Source: Candidatus Woesearchaeota archaeon (GTDB taxonomy: Archaea > Nanobdellota > Nanobdellia > SCGC-AAA011-G17 > JACPNG01). From it: a DNA stretch of 64,000 bases. The position numbers were made by a program, and so were the translations under genes. The stretch spans positions 7,103 to 71,102 of the forward strand of contig JACPNG010000015.1 in NCBI GenBank assembly GCA_016185605.1. Reading direction: 5' to 3'. This document shows, in pieces, positions 26,924-36,759 of this stretch. Position 1 is the stretch's first letter. Every line of letters starts with the position of its first letter. The notes under the pieces were generated by a model that worked only from the letters and a program-made list of their open reading frames with translations, was not told the origin of the DNA and did not search any database.

Positions 26924-27159
26924 TTATGACCCCCCTCTATGATTATAATGTAATGTTACTATTTTTAAATTACGATGGATATATAAAACTTTCTATGATG
27001 TTTTTCCTATATTTAGACATATATTTTTAGAACTATAAAGCAGTTTTTATCACTATTGGTTTAATACACTTAAAAAGATTTATTTATGAAAAAAAGCATA
27101 TCTTATAACCTATATTTTATTTGATAAGTATATATAAATGACATCGCATTTAATATTAG

Positions 27160-27270
27160 ATGGACAGGATACAATGCAAGGACTGCAATGCGTGGCACGA
27201 TGAAAATGAAGTCTGTCCATACTGCCAGAACCAAAAGCAAGAAGGGCTTTCTAAATTCATAAAATTCTGA
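27160..27270 (+). CDS. possible small zinc-ribbon protein (36 aa)
   Basis: MDRIQCKDCNAWHDENEVCPYCQNQKQEGLSKFIKF, i.e. CxxC-x9-CxxC. Not in the track (under 60 aa). Confidence 0.3.
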   Translation: MDRIQCKDCNAWHDENEVCPYCQNQKQEGLSKFIKF

Positions 27271-27817
27271 ATTTCTTGTTTAAGTATATAATAATCCATA
27301 TAGTCATATGCCCTAATAATACTCCTGCTATCAAATCGCTCAGATAATGAAATCCAGTATATGCTCTATTGATTGTTATTATGAAAGCAAATACTAACCA
27401 GTAATACTTTATTTTCTTATCTAGAAATGGATATATTGCAAATAAGGCAGCAGTATGCCAGCTTAGAAATGAGGTATTCCAGGAAGCAAAGCTATAGTCT
27501 ATATTTGATATTTTGTCTAGATTTAAAGCTATAAAAGGTCTTATCCTGTTTGTAATTAATTTTATTATCAAGCTTAATAATCCAGAGGAAAAGAAAGCTA
27601 TCCACACCAATATTATCTCCTTTTTTTTATTGATGAAATATAAAATTAATGTCATTAATGCTAATATCATTATTGTATTGACATAGCTTATTATAACAGA
27701 TAGAAAATCAAATGCATTATTTCTTATGCTGCTAAAGAACAAAGAAATATAACTATCAAATAATAAGCTTATTGCTAAAAGAATAAATCCAATAAAATAA
27801 AAAGTATTTTTTTTCAC
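27257..27817 (-). CDS. PAP2-family (type 2 phosphatidic acid / undecaprenyl-PP) phosphatase
   Basis: 186 aa, 6 TM segments. KLITNRIRPF (KX6RP), SWHT, and NRAYTGFHYLSDLIAG (SRX5HX3D) motifs. Confidence 0.65.
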   Translation of the reverse strand: MKKNTFYFIGFILLAISLLFDSYISLFFSSIRNNAFDFLSVIISYVNTIMILALMTLILYFINKKKEIILVWIAFFSSGLLSLIIKLITNRIRPFIALNLDKISNIDYSFASWNTSFLSWHTAALFAIYPFLDKKIKYYWLVFAFIITINRAYTGFHYLSDLIAGVLLGHMTIWIIIYLNKKFRIL

Positions 27818-27858
27818 AATATTCTAATTTTTACAAGGTATAAAAAAGTTTCTAGAAT

Positions 27859-28143
27859 TTACTCTTCTATTTCTACTCCTTTCCAGAATGCAAAACGCCC
27901 TTTGATGCTTTTTGCTGCTTCTGTTGGCTCAGGATACATCCAAGCTGCATCTTTATTTACATCCCCATCTACCTCAATATTATAGTAATCGCATACTCCC
28001 TTCCAAGCGCAAGTATACTTATTGCCGCTTTTCTTCAATAATCTCATATTAACAGATTTTGAAGGAAAGTAATGATTATTTTCCACAATTACAGTTTTAT
28101 TGCTCTCTGCAATTACTTTTCCTTTCCAGATTGCCTTTGTCAT
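27859..28143 (-). CDS. DUF427-family protein
   Basis: 94 aa. VIVENNHYFPSKSV...YTCAWKGVCDYYNIEV...AAWMYPEPT pattern. Confidence 0.5.
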   Translation of the reverse strand: MTKAIWKGKVIAESNKTVIVENNHYFPSKSVNMRLLKKSGNKYTCAWKGVCDYYNIEVDGDVNKDAAWMYPEPTEAAKSIKGRFAFWKGVEIEE

Positions 28144-28193
28144 ATTAAACCTATAATATAGTATGTATAAAAATCTTTGTTTTAATAATAAAA

Positions 28194-28625
28194 TTATCCT
28201 TCAAATGGGGTTCCTTTTCCTGTTTCCAGATACAATTTTAAGCTATTAATGAAATGGTTCCATCCATCAATACATACTTTGTAACATTCTGTCTCTTCCT
28301 TAAAATTTTCATGTAAAAAATTCAATTCTGTTTTACCATCATCTTTTTTAATTTCAAATTTTATATTTGTATCAACCCAATCTCCTGTACCCATCATTTT
28401 TGAATCTATTATTTTCCATTCAACTAAATCAGGATTTAATTTTTTGATTTGAACAATAACATAATCTCCATATGGATTGAACTCAAATCTTGCCTCTCCA
28501 CCTTCTTTTGAATCAATGCTGCAGTCTTTAGTCCACCATTTCTCAATATGATCTTTTTTTGTTAATGCTTCATAAACCCTTTCAGGTGAAACATTTATTA
28601 TAGCATCTACTCTAATATCTGCCAT
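28194..28625 (-). CDS. SRPBCC / AHSA1-like (Bet v1 fold) protein
   Basis: 143 aa. PERVYEALTKKDHIEKWW is typical of the AHSA1-like family. Confidence 0.55.
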   Translation of the reverse strand: MADIRVDAIINVSPERVYEALTKKDHIEKWWTKDCSIDSKEGGEARFEFNPYGDYVIVQIKKLNPDLVEWKIIDSKMMGTGDWVDTNIKFEIKKDDGKTELNFLHENFKEETECYKVCIDGWNHFINSLKLYLETGKGTPFEG

Positions 28626-29042
28626 TTAAATCCAAACTGATAATATCATCCCCATAATCAAGAGACTAATTAGCCAGTATAAAATATTCAATATATAAAG
28701 TTTGATTGGTTTTCCCTCCCATAAAACTGTTCCAAGCATTATTGTTGCTACAAACCCCAACCAGATTAAAAAGCTGATAATCACTCCACCAATCACTCCA
28801 CTTAAAATTCCTGAAGTATTTAGACCTTCAACAAATAACCCAAGCACATAAGCCATGATAAGGGATGATATAAATCCAAATATCATGGGAGTAGTCATTC
28901 CTTTATTTTTCATATCTTTCATCTTTTTAGCATCAAAACCCATGAGTCTAATCCACTGCTTTCCAAACAAAGGACCATACCAAAGAAAACCTATAACCAT
29001 ATTTAGTATAGCAACAACTATAACAGCTAAATAATTAACCAT
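28626..29042 (-). CDS. DUF1761-family membrane protein
   Basis: 138 aa, 4 TM segments. LWYGPLFGKQW motif. Confidence 0.5.
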   Translation of the reverse strand: MVNYLAVIVVAILNMVIGFLWYGPLFGKQWIRLMGFDAKKMKDMKNKGMTTPMIFGFISSLIMAYVLGLFVEGLNTSGILSGVIGGVIISFLIWLGFVATIMLGTVLWEGKPIKLYILNILYWLISLLIMGMILSVWI

Positions 29043-29138
29043 ATAACGCCTCCCATTTAATAGTAATATGGGCTAAAAGAACATTATAAATATTTCTCTT
29101 AAGAAAACAAATATAAAAGCTGTAAATACTATAAAATA

Positions 29139-29672
29139 ATGAATTATCAGAAAAGCCTTGTTATAAGGATAATCACAGCATTAATGATTTTTATAATTCC
29201 TTATGAGATTATTAACTTTATATTATTAAAAATGACATTATATGGCTCTTATCCCTTATTGCTCCTGAATTACAATCCTTTAATGATAAATAATGGATTT
29301 GTTATAAATAACTCAATATTAAAGATAATATCTGCCTGTGTAGCCACATCAGCTTATTACTTGTTATTCATACTGATAATATCAACAAAGGACATTAAAT
29401 TAAAAGATTCAGTAAACTTGTTTTTGATTGGATCATTTTTAATTTTATTGGCCAATATTATAAGGATTGACATCTTGATTTATATTTTCCTGGAATTTGG
29501 AAAAAATTTGTTTGAAAAAATTCATATTATATTATGGCAGTTCTTGTCAAGCATCTATGTGGCATTAGTCTGGATATTTTTAACCAGAAAATTCAAGATA
29601 AAAAATATTCCAATCTATAGTGATATTAACCATTTATTAAAAATAATAAAGAAATCAAAAAAGAGAAAATAA
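29139..29672 (+). CDS. archaeosortase/exosortase-like membrane protein (short form)
   Basis: 177 aa polytopic protein. A conserved-looking Cys (IISACVATSAYY) and ANIIRIDI (N..R) are arranged as in exosortase/archaeosortase active sites. Confidence 0.4.
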   Translation: MNYQKSLVIRIITALMIFIIPYEIINFILLKMTLYGSYPLLLLNYNPLMINNGFVINNSILKIISACVATSAYYLLFILIISTKDIKLKDSVNLFLIGSFLILLANIIRIDILIYIFLEFGKNLFEKIHIILWQFLSSIYVALVWIFLTRKFKIKNIPIYSDINHLLKIIKKSKKRK

Positions 29673-30107
29673 TCCAAGAGTTGTTATTAATACAATCAAG
29701 CCAGCCAAGATAATTCCAAATGTTATTGATAAGTAAGCCATCTTTCTGTTCATCCCAAAAAACCAAGCCAGTATGCTTCCAGAGTATGCTCCTGTAAGAG
29801 GAAATGGTATTCCCACAAATATGAGCAAAGCCATAAATTCTGCTTTTGTTCCAATCTTATTTTCTAATTTATTCCTATTTTTTTTAATGTAATAGCTAAA
29901 AATATTATTGTAGAGTTTCATTTTTGTAAAATAATCATGCAGATAATCCAGGAAAAAAAATGTCAACGGAATGGCTAAAAAATTTGAGATTACAGCTACG
30001 AAAAAAACCAACAAAGGATTAAACCCCTGAGCTATTCCCACTGGAATTCCGCCCCTTAATTCAGAGATTGGAAATACACTTAGTCCTATAACATTTAATA
30101 AACTCAT
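29655..30107 (-). CDS. small multidrug-export-like membrane protein (Sm_multidrug_ex family)
   Basis: 150 aa. PISELRGGIPVGIA motif. Confidence 0.5.
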   Translation of the reverse strand: MSLLNVIGLSVFPISELRGGIPVGIAQGFNPLLVFFVAVISNFLAIPLTFFFLDYLHDYFTKMKLYNNIFSYYIKKNRNKLENKIGTKAEFMALLIFVGIPFPLTGAYSGSILAWFFGMNRKMAYLSITFGIILAGLIVLITTLGLFSLF

Positions 30108-30964
30108 TTTTCCTCTTGAAAGACAATCAAGTCTTCTGTAGTTAATTTCTTCTTGGACTTTAATTTTTCCTCTACAATGCTTTTCTGCCTTTCATATATT
30201 TTTACTTTTTCCTCTTTTCTGTCATCATCAAGTTTATTCTGAATCACATTAAGTTCAAGAATCTTTTCTTTTATGATATTATTCATGGTTGAAAATTCTT
30301 TCTTGAAGTTTATAAAATTCTCAAACGCCTCTTCCTGCTCTCTTTTAAGATTAGAGATTTTTTTCGATAATTCCATGAATGAATTGAATGTTTCTTTATT
30401 GCCTTTCAATGAATCAATGAATTTTTCATGTATATCCTGGGCTTTTTTTCTTGTATCTTCTATCTCTTCTGATATTCCATCTATTTTATCCAGTAATTCG
30501 GTTGCCTGAGAGCTTTCCTGATAGATTTTCTTTAAGCCTTTTATTTTCTTCATTATTTCTTTTTCCTTGTCAAAAGAAAATGCCTCTATCTCTATGCTTT
30601 CCTCTAATCTGTCTATATCTTTTTTAATTTTTACCGGATCTTTTACATTAAGCTTGCTGAAGATTTCTTTCTTCTCCCCATTTAGCTTTTTTATCTCTTT
30701 TACTAATTGTCTTACTTTGTCATTGTAATTGTCCCTTTCTTTTCTGTAGTCATTTATCCCTTTTGTTGTTGTGTCGCTGATATTTTTTATATTCTTAATC
30801 TGCTTTACAAGCTCTTTTATCTCATCTTTTAGATTTTCTTTCTTTGAGAACCATTTTTCCTTTTCTTTATTCGATTCATTAAGCTTATTTTTCAGAATGG
30901 AAATCTCAGTCCTTAGATCTTTTATTTTCCAAATTAATTCTTCTCTCTCTTGTTTTTCCAGCAT
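30104..30964 (-). CDS. hypothetical K/E-rich coiled-coil protein
   Basis: 286 aa, heptad-rich and low complexity. Start overlaps the upstream gene. Confidence 0.4.
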   Translation of the reverse strand: MLEKQEREELIWKIKDLRTEISILKNKLNESNKEKEKWFSKKENLKDEIKELVKQIKNIKNISDTTTKGINDYRKERDNYNDKVRQLVKEIKKLNGEKKEIFSKLNVKDPVKIKKDIDRLEESIEIEAFSFDKEKEIMKKIKGLKKIYQESSQATELLDKIDGISEEIEDTRKKAQDIHEKFIDSLKGNKETFNSFMELSKKISNLKREQEEAFENFINFKKEFSTMNNIIKEKILELNVIQNKLDDDRKEEKVKIYERQKSIVEEKLKSKKKLTTEDLIVFQEEK

Positions 30965-31021
30965 AAATCTCCCTAATAATTAAGATTTAAAAGTATATCT
31001 ATAAAAATAAAAAAGAAAAAG

Positions 31022-31321
31022 CTAACCGAAAAGCGAGCCTAATCCGGCAGATGCTTCTTCTGCTTTTTTCTCTTCGTCTTCAGCTTTCTTTTCTTCTTTC
31101 TTTTCAGCTTTTTCTGGATGCTGTGCTGCTACTGCTATTTGCTGGACAGCTGCTTCCTTTATTGCTTGGTCTATATTAACGCCGTCTAATGCAGATACTA
31201 AAGCTTTTACTCTTGCTTCTTCAAATTTTATGCCTGCTGACTCTAATATTTTTTTTATATTAGCCTCGTTAATCTCTTTTCCAGCCTTATGCAGCAACAT
31301 TGCACTGTAAATATATTCCAT
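31022..31321 (-). CDS. rpl12: 50S ribosomal stalk protein L12 (P1)
   Basis: 99 aa. [19 protein letters not shown]...[27 protein letters not shown]. Confidence 0.85.
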   Translation of the reverse strand: MEYIYSAMLLHKAGKEINEANIKKILESAGIKFEEARVKALVSALDGVNIDQAIKEAAVQQIAVAAQHPEKAEKKEEKKAEDEEKKAEEASAGLGSLFG

Positions 31322-31337
31322 TTTACCTCCATGAATA

Positions 31338-32438
31338 TTATTTCTTTTTTTTGATAGCTTGATCAGTTAGTTCTCTTAACTTGTCTTCTGCCATTTTGAT
31401 TGCTTCTTTTTCTTTTCTCTCTTTTTGAAGATTTTCTCTATACTCTTTTGTCTCTTCTTCTACTTGCTCCAAAATCTCCTCTGTTGTCGGCTTTTTTGGC
31501 TCCTTTAAGGGCTTAAAATCATCATACTTTTTCATTTTATCCTCTTTTATATAATCTAATTTAGGCTCTTCTGCTGAAGATTCTTCAATTTTAATGTCTG
31601 GCTCGTTTTTTAAAACTTGTGATTCTTCAGATTGAACAATTTCTTTTATCTCCTCATTTATTGTTATGTTTTTTGATTCTGCTAGATTTTTTGAATCTTT
31701 AAACGCTTTTTTTATTAAATAAAATATAGTGTCTTTGCTTGTGTATCCCAGATGAATTGCTAGATTAAATGAATCCATAGCCAATTGCTTGATATTATTT
31801 ATGTAAGATTCTTCGTCAATTACTAAAACATCCTTGCCATATACTATTCCGTTTTCATAAGCAGCTATTAAATTAAGTCCAATCTGCATTGGCTCTATTC
31901 CTAGTTTTGATAATAAGTCAGCTGCTTTTTGTGATATTATATCGCCTTGCTTTACTAAAAGCTTGTCTTCTTTAATTGCTATTTTTCCTTCTTTCACTTC
32001 AGTCTTTATTCCCAGCTGTCCTAATTCCCCTATTACTGGACCAGGAGTAAAACTTGTCGGACCTGCAGGAATTATTAAGTCATTTGGAGCTTCTTGTCCC
32101 GGCTTGGCAGGAGCAGATGATTTTTGCTTCTCCAGCATTTTTGCCAGTTTAAATGGATTATCATTTGTAAAAATTAAAGCTATTTCCCCTTTTAATTTTT
32201 CATTAATGTTCAACAGATTTTCCCTGTCTTTTGATTGCTCTATTGCTATTTTTATTATTCTTCTTTTAGACATCCTCATCAATAATATATCTCTTAATCC
32301 ATGCCTCATCCTTTGCAATTGCAAGCTAGGAAGATTAGTCATATCTACAATTCCGAGAACATTATATTTTTTTATTAGTCTCTTTATCTCTTCCACTTCA
32401 CTTAATTTGCTTTCTTGAATTTTTCTTTGTTTTTTCAT
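31338..32438 (-). CDS. rpl10: 50S ribosomal protein L10 (P0) with long Lys/Glu-rich C-terminal extension
   Basis: 366 aa. Conserved L10/P0 N-terminal domain. C-terminus ends AIKKKK rather than the usual stalk tail. Confidence 0.8.
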   Translation of the reverse strand: MKKQRKIQESKLSEVEEIKRLIKKYNVLGIVDMTNLPSLQLQRMRHGLRDILLMRMSKRRIIKIAIEQSKDRENLLNINEKLKGEIALIFTNDNPFKLAKMLEKQKSSAPAKPGQEAPNDLIIPAGPTSFTPGPVIGELGQLGIKTEVKEGKIAIKEDKLLVKQGDIISQKAADLLSKLGIEPMQIGLNLIAAYENGIVYGKDVLVIDEESYINNIKQLAMDSFNLAIHLGYTSKDTIFYLIKKAFKDSKNLAESKNITINEEIKEIVQSEESQVLKNEPDIKIEESSAEEPKLDYIKEDKMKKYDDFKPLKEPKKPTTEEILEQVEEETKEYRENLQKERKEKEAIKMAEDKLRELTDQAIKKKK

Positions 32439-33082
32439 TCTAACCTTATTGGATTGCCCATTGTTAATTTTATTAATACACTCTGAATATTATTCTTTTC
32501 CTGTGGCAAAGCAGATAATAAACTATTGTATGCAGCCATTATATTGTCTGCTATCTCATTATCGTCCATTGCCTCTTTTCCAACCATTGCTTTTATTATG
32601 GCTTCATTTTTTGTCTGTATCCTTATTGTCTTTTCAAGCCTTTCTTTCATCGGCTTTAAAGAAGTTCCTATTGGGGCGACACAGCCTGCTTTTGGATTTG
32701 GCATTTTTCCTTTTGGTCCAAGGGTTTTTCCGAAAAACTTAGCCACATCATTCATTATGTTGGCTTGTGCTATAAAGAAATCAAATTCTTGGGCTATTTT
32801 TTTTATCTGCTTAATGTTTAAGCTTTGGAATTCTTCCCTTGTTATTGTATGGTCTAGATTATCTTTTGACTCTTTTACCAATTCCTTGTCAACTAATCCG
32901 CATATCTTTACTTTTTTTCCTTTTCCGTTTGGAATTTGTATGAATAAGTCTATTTTATTTTCCTGCTTTTTAATATCCAACTGCTTTAGATTTATTATCA
33001 AGTCAATAGACTGAGAAAACTTTCTTTTCTTTGATTTTTCCTTTAGTTCCTTTAATTTTGCTAATACTAAATTTTTGTCCAT
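32435..33082 (-). CDS. rpl1: 50S ribosomal protein L1
   Basis: 215 aa. Sits in the canonical L1-L10-L12 order. Confidence 0.9.
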   Translation of the reverse strand: MDKNLVLAKLKELKEKSKKRKFSQSIDLIINLKQLDIKKQENKIDLFIQIPNGKGKKVKICGLVDKELVKESKDNLDHTITREEFQSLNIKQIKKIAQEFDFFIAQANIMNDVAKFFGKTLGPKGKMPNPKAGCVAPIGTSLKPMKERLEKTIRIQTKNEAIIKAMVGKEAMDDNEIADNIMAAYNSLLSALPQEKNNIQSVLIKLTMGNPIRLE

Positions 33083-33087
33083 TAATT

Positions 33088-33093
33088 CCCTCC
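33088..33093 (-). promoter_or_regulatory. Shine-Dalgarno-like GGAGG upstream of rpl1
   Basis: Plus-strand ccctcc (GGAGGG on the coding strand) 5 nt upstream of the rpl1 ATG. Confidence 0.4.
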
Positions 33094-33234
33094 TACTTAA
33101 TGTAGTATAACGGGTTTAGATTTCTCTGAAATATTCATTTATAAATCTATTGGTGGTTATTGAGATAACATAACTTTTGGATTATTTAATATAAATTATA
33201 TAAATGATTATAAAACAAAAATCAACTCAATTCT

Positions 33235-33690
33235 ATGGAGATTTTAATTTTATCAGTTCTAGACATATTCCTTCTTTTTCTGGTCATATTATTATTACTC
33301 TTTATTAAACTACCAAATTTATTGCCTTTTTTAAGTTATAGAATAGAAATAATTAGGGATTTTATCAAGGAGAATGAGGGATTCTTTAGTATCTTCTTTA
33401 TATTTTTATTTGCGACTGAACAAGTAATTCTTATAATCCTCATTTCAAAATTTGGTTATAACCTCAATTTTTTAAGAGTATTAATAAGCATCTTTGCTTT
33501 AGTTGTTGTAACTACGGCTTCTTTACAAAAATTTATATTAGAAACAAAGAGAAGATATGATAATCAAGAAAGAGTAGAAGCTAAAGAATATTTAGAATCA
33601 AGAGAGAATAGAAATGTAAGATTTGCTAAGAGAATGTTGGAAGAAATTGATAAATTAACAAGAAGAATAAAAGATTTAAAGCAAAAATAA
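33235..33690 (+). CDS. membrane protein, hypothetical
   Basis: 151 aa, 3-4 TM segments, charged C-terminal tail. Confidence 0.4.
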   Translation: MEILILSVLDIFLLFLVILLLLFIKLPNLLPFLSYRIEIIRDFIKENEGFFSIFFIFLFATEQVILIILISKFGYNLNFLRVLISIFALVVVTTASLQKFILETKRRYDNQERVEAKEYLESRENRNVRFAKRMLEEIDKLTRRIKDLKQK

Positions 33691-33953
33691 AGTCTTAATC
33701 TTCCTTTTTGCTTCTTCTGAAGAATTAATTATCTCCTTTGCTTCTTTTTTGATATCTTCAATCACATTATTTAATTCTGATTTTTTCGTTTTCTTATCAG
33801 CCATTATATTTATTACTATTAATTATTTAATAAAGATTATTGTAAACTAAAGAATAGTAAATATAATATTACTTTTTACAATTTACTATTATTATACAAA
33901 ACTCCTTATTATTGTGCAGAACGCCTGTTTTTACCATTTATTATACAAAGCTT

Positions 33954-34250
33954 CTATATCTTACCTGACTTAATCTTTCTTAGAATTGATTTAAATTCTG
34001 CTGTTTCTACAATTTCTTCAAGAGGAAGTCCAAAGATATGATCGGGTAAAATATGATAACCTAAATATTTTCCATCTCTGTAATAAGAAATCCCACTACC
34101 TAATGCTCCCACTTCCACATTTCCAAGAGGAGAGGGTAACGCAGTTGATGATTTCTGAAACTCATATTGTCCAACACCGATCTTTCTATCTTTATCTTCG
34201 GGCTTGGATGTAATTCTTAGTCCATTATATGATTCCATTTTATCTTCCAA
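33954..34250 (-). CDS. hypothetical protein (98 aa)
   Basis: ORF only. Confidence 0.3.
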   Translation of the reverse strand: MEDKMESYNGLRITSKPEDKDRKIGVGQYEFQKSSTALPSPLGNVEVGALGSGISYYRDGKYLGYHILPDHIFGLPLEEIVETAEFKSILRKIKSGKI

Positions 34251-34352
34251 TCAACTCTCTTTAGAACTCTTTTTGAATTATTTATTAATCATTATTTATA
34301 AGCCTTTCTAAATAATTTTAGTTATTCTTCAATTTAAAATATATTAAAAAAT

Positions 34353-34526
34353 TTATTTATTCTTTTGTGCAAATTCCTTGGAAACTACTCTCCAGCATTC
34401 ATGGGGTCCTGCAAGAGATTTGGTAACTGCAAATTTCCTTCCGCCTTTGTCAACTATTTTATAATTCTCAGTTTCAAACTTTTTCTTGGTTTTCACATCA
34501 TAAAAACTTATTTTTTCTTTTGCCAT
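34353..34526 (-). CDS. possible small basic protein (57 aa), SH3-like nucleic-acid-binding candidate
   Basis: Manual translation MAKEKISFYDVKTKKKFETENYKIVDKGGRKFAVTKSLAGPHECWRVVSKEFAQKNK. Track ORF 34365..34565(+) is its antisense frame. Confidence 0.35.
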   Translation of the reverse strand: MAKEKISFYDVKTKKKFETENYKIVDKGGRKFAVTKSLAGPHECWRVVSKEFAQKNK

Positions 34527-34594
34527 TTTCATCCCTCCAGTAAAAATTATCTAAATTTAGCCTAATTTAACCATTCTTAAAGTTTTTTGTTTGG

Positions 34595-35539
34595 GGCTCT
34601 GGTGCAATCCCAATATTTAAGTAGTATAGAGGCATTAGCCCCCTTAATTTTATAAGGTTATTAACAAAAAGGAAGGTGATGCCCCTATGGCTAATGAAGA
34701 GTATGAAGACTACTTAAAGTTTATTGATTGTGCATTGGAGATTTCTAATAATATTCCCAGATACTTTTCCAAGTATTCCAATAAGATTTATTGCAATCAT
34801 CAGAAACTAGCAATATATATACTGATGCAGAAGATGAGAAGGACCTACAGGGGGATTATATCATGGTTAAAATCCAATAATGATGCATGCCTATATCTGG
34901 GAATATGCAAAATTCCAGTACATACAACCATAGTAAGGTTTGCCAAGAGAATCAGCAAATATCTTCATTTAATATTAGACATAAGAAAAGCGGATAGTGT
35001 TGCTGTTGATTCCACTGGATTTGAATTAGAATCAAAAAGCTATTACTACAGAAAAATGCAGTATTCTAAGGATAAACAGAGAGCAAAGAGGTTTATGAAG
35101 CTGAGTATAGTTGCTGATATAGATAAACAGCTTATACTTGATTATAGGATTAGAAGGGATTACAAGAGATGCAACACAGAGTTTAGAAGCATGATTAAGG
35201 ATATGGACATTAATTATGTCATAGCTGACAAGGGATATGACTCTTATGACAACAGGAATTTTGTGATAAGGAAGCTAAAAGCAATTCCTATTATCCCAGT
35301 AAGAAATTATACAAATTACTATGGCTATCTAAAGGGCAGAAGGATTAAAGGGGATAAATATCATCAGAGAAGCAAAATAGAAAGCATATTCTCCTCTATT
35401 AAGAGAAAATACGGCTCTGTAATTAGATCAAGAAGTTTTATATCACAAAAGACAGAGCTTATAGCTAAGCTCATAGCATACAATATAGACAGGAAGATTA
35501 GCTATTTACTATTTATTATCAGAGGGTTGCACCAGAACC
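34595..35539 (+). mobile_element. insertion sequence (IS4/IS5-type DDE transposase) with imperfect 16-17-bp terminal inverted repeats and 8-bp target-site duplication
   Basis: IRL GGCTCTGGTGCAATCCC (34595..34611). IRR GGGTTGCACCAGAACC (35524..35539), 15/17 identical with one indel. Flanking direct repeat TTGTTTGG at 34587..34594 and 35540..35547. Confidence 0.7.
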
Positions 35540-35559
35540 TTGTTTGGATATTTTCGTAA
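34687..35559 (+). CDS. DDE transposase (IS4/IS5 family)
   Basis: 290 aa. AVDSTGFE...VIADKGYDS...KIESIF DDE triad pattern. The ORF reads 20 nt past the IS right end. Confidence 0.75.
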   Translation: MANEEYEDYLKFIDCALEISNNIPRYFSKYSNKIYCNHQKLAIYILMQKMRRTYRGIISWLKSNNDACLYLGICKIPVHTTIVRFAKRISKYLHLILDIRKADSVAVDSTGFELESKSYYYRKMQYSKDKQRAKRFMKLSIVADIDKQLILDYRIRRDYKRCNTEFRSMIKDMDINYVIADKGYDSYDNRNFVIRKLKAIPIIPVRNYTNYYGYLKGRRIKGDKYHQRSKIESIFSSIKRKYGSVIRSRSFISQKTELIAKLIAYNIDRKISYLLFIIRGLHQNLVWIFS

Positions 35560-35585
35560 AAAACTATTAATTTGTGCATTAAGCT

Positions 35586-36197
35586 TTAAATTTTCCCTCC
35601 ATTATTATCTCTTTTAACAGCTTTCTTCCATTGGGAAATTCTCTTTGTTGCAGATTTTCTGGATTGTTGCAGATTTTCTGGAAGGTTTTCTTTAGCTCCT
35701 TTCTTTCCTATTGCAACCATAATCTCAATTTCATAATCATCTGGAATTTCCAGAACTTTTCTGGCTTTATCAACATCAAAACCGCCCATTGGATGTGCCA
35801 TTAATCCTTTATTAGTTGCTTCCAAAGCAAGATTCTCCCATGCAGCTCCTGTATCAAAGCTGTGATTCCTTGAAAATAAATTATCTTGCTCAAAGTTTTT
35901 TCTTGATATTATAACAATCAAAACAGGAGCATTTTTGCACCATAATTTATTTGAATCTGTTAAAAAATTAAAGAATTTATTCCAGTGTTCTGTATTCTTC
36001 TTGGCATAGATAAAACGCCAGGGCTGGCCATTTCTGGATGAAGGAGCCCACTTAGCAGCCTCAAATAAAGACATTAATTCATCATCAGATATACTTTCAT
36101 CTTTAATTGATCTTGGAGACCACCTGCTTAATATTAATGGATTTATTACATATTCTGGCTTTCTATATTCCTTGATTTCTTTTGATAGTTTTTCCAT
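35586..36197 (-). CDS. nitroreductase-family NAD(P)H oxidoreductase
   Basis: 203 aa. LILSRWSPRSI...APSSRNGQPWRF motifs. Confidence 0.7.
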   Translation of the reverse strand: MEKLSKEIKEYRKPEYVINPLILSRWSPRSIKDESISDDELMSLFEAAKWAPSSRNGQPWRFIYAKKNTEHWNKFFNFLTDSNKLWCKNAPVLIVIISRKNFEQDNLFSRNHSFDTGAAWENLALEATNKGLMAHPMGGFDVDKARKVLEIPDDYEIEIMVAIGKKGAKENLPENLQQSRKSATKRISQWKKAVKRDNNGGKI

Positions 36198-36210
36198 AAA
36201 TTTCCTAAAC

Positions 36211-36729
36211 TCACATTAACTTTAGTTTTAAAACCTTTAGTTTCTCAAAAAACAATGGTTTTTCTTCTAATACTTCAAATTTATAGCCATATTTTCTTAT
36301 TATAGATTCTACATCTCCTGTTAATGTGCTGAATACAATAATTATAATTCCATCATGATTAAGATAATTTCTTGAATCCATCAAAAATCTTTCTATTATT
36401 TCATATCCTTTTACTCCTCCTTTTGTTATCAAACTTGTCTCATAATCCTCGTCTGGATCATAAGGAAGATATGGCGGATTAAAAACAATTAAGTCAAATT
36501 TCCCTTTTATATTCTCAAATAAATCGCTCTTTATTGCATTTATTCCTTTTTTCCTGCAATATTCCACAGCCTCTTGGTTTATATCAACAGCTAATACATC
36601 TTTTGTATTCTCCAATGCTGCTTTAGCTAATATTCCAGAGCCAGTTCCTACATCAAGGACTTTGCCTTTGGCATATTTCTTAACATATTTTGTTAATAAG
36701 AAGCTGTCCTCATTTGGCTGATAAATCAT
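36211..36729 (-). CDS. small NPPY-motif methyltransferase (Mtq2/HemK-like protein glutamine N5-methyltransferase)
   Basis: 172 aa. VLDVGTGSGILA SAM motif and FNPPYLP. Confidence 0.65.
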   Translation of the reverse strand: MIYQPNEDSFLLTKYVKKYAKGKVLDVGTGSGILAKAALENTKDVLAVDINQEAVEYCRKKGINAIKSDLFENIKGKFDLIVFNPPYLPYDPDEDYETSLITKGGVKGYEIIERFLMDSRNYLNHDGIIIIVFSTLTGDVESIIRKYGYKFEVLEEKPLFFEKLKVLKLKLM

Positions 36730-36759
36730 AAATAAGAAATAAAGAACAAAAATTTAAAT

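Noticed and set aside
34365-34565. Track ORF 34365..34565(+)
   Set aside because: It is antisense to a better-supported 57-aa basic protein gene on the minus strand with a clean ATG/TAA.
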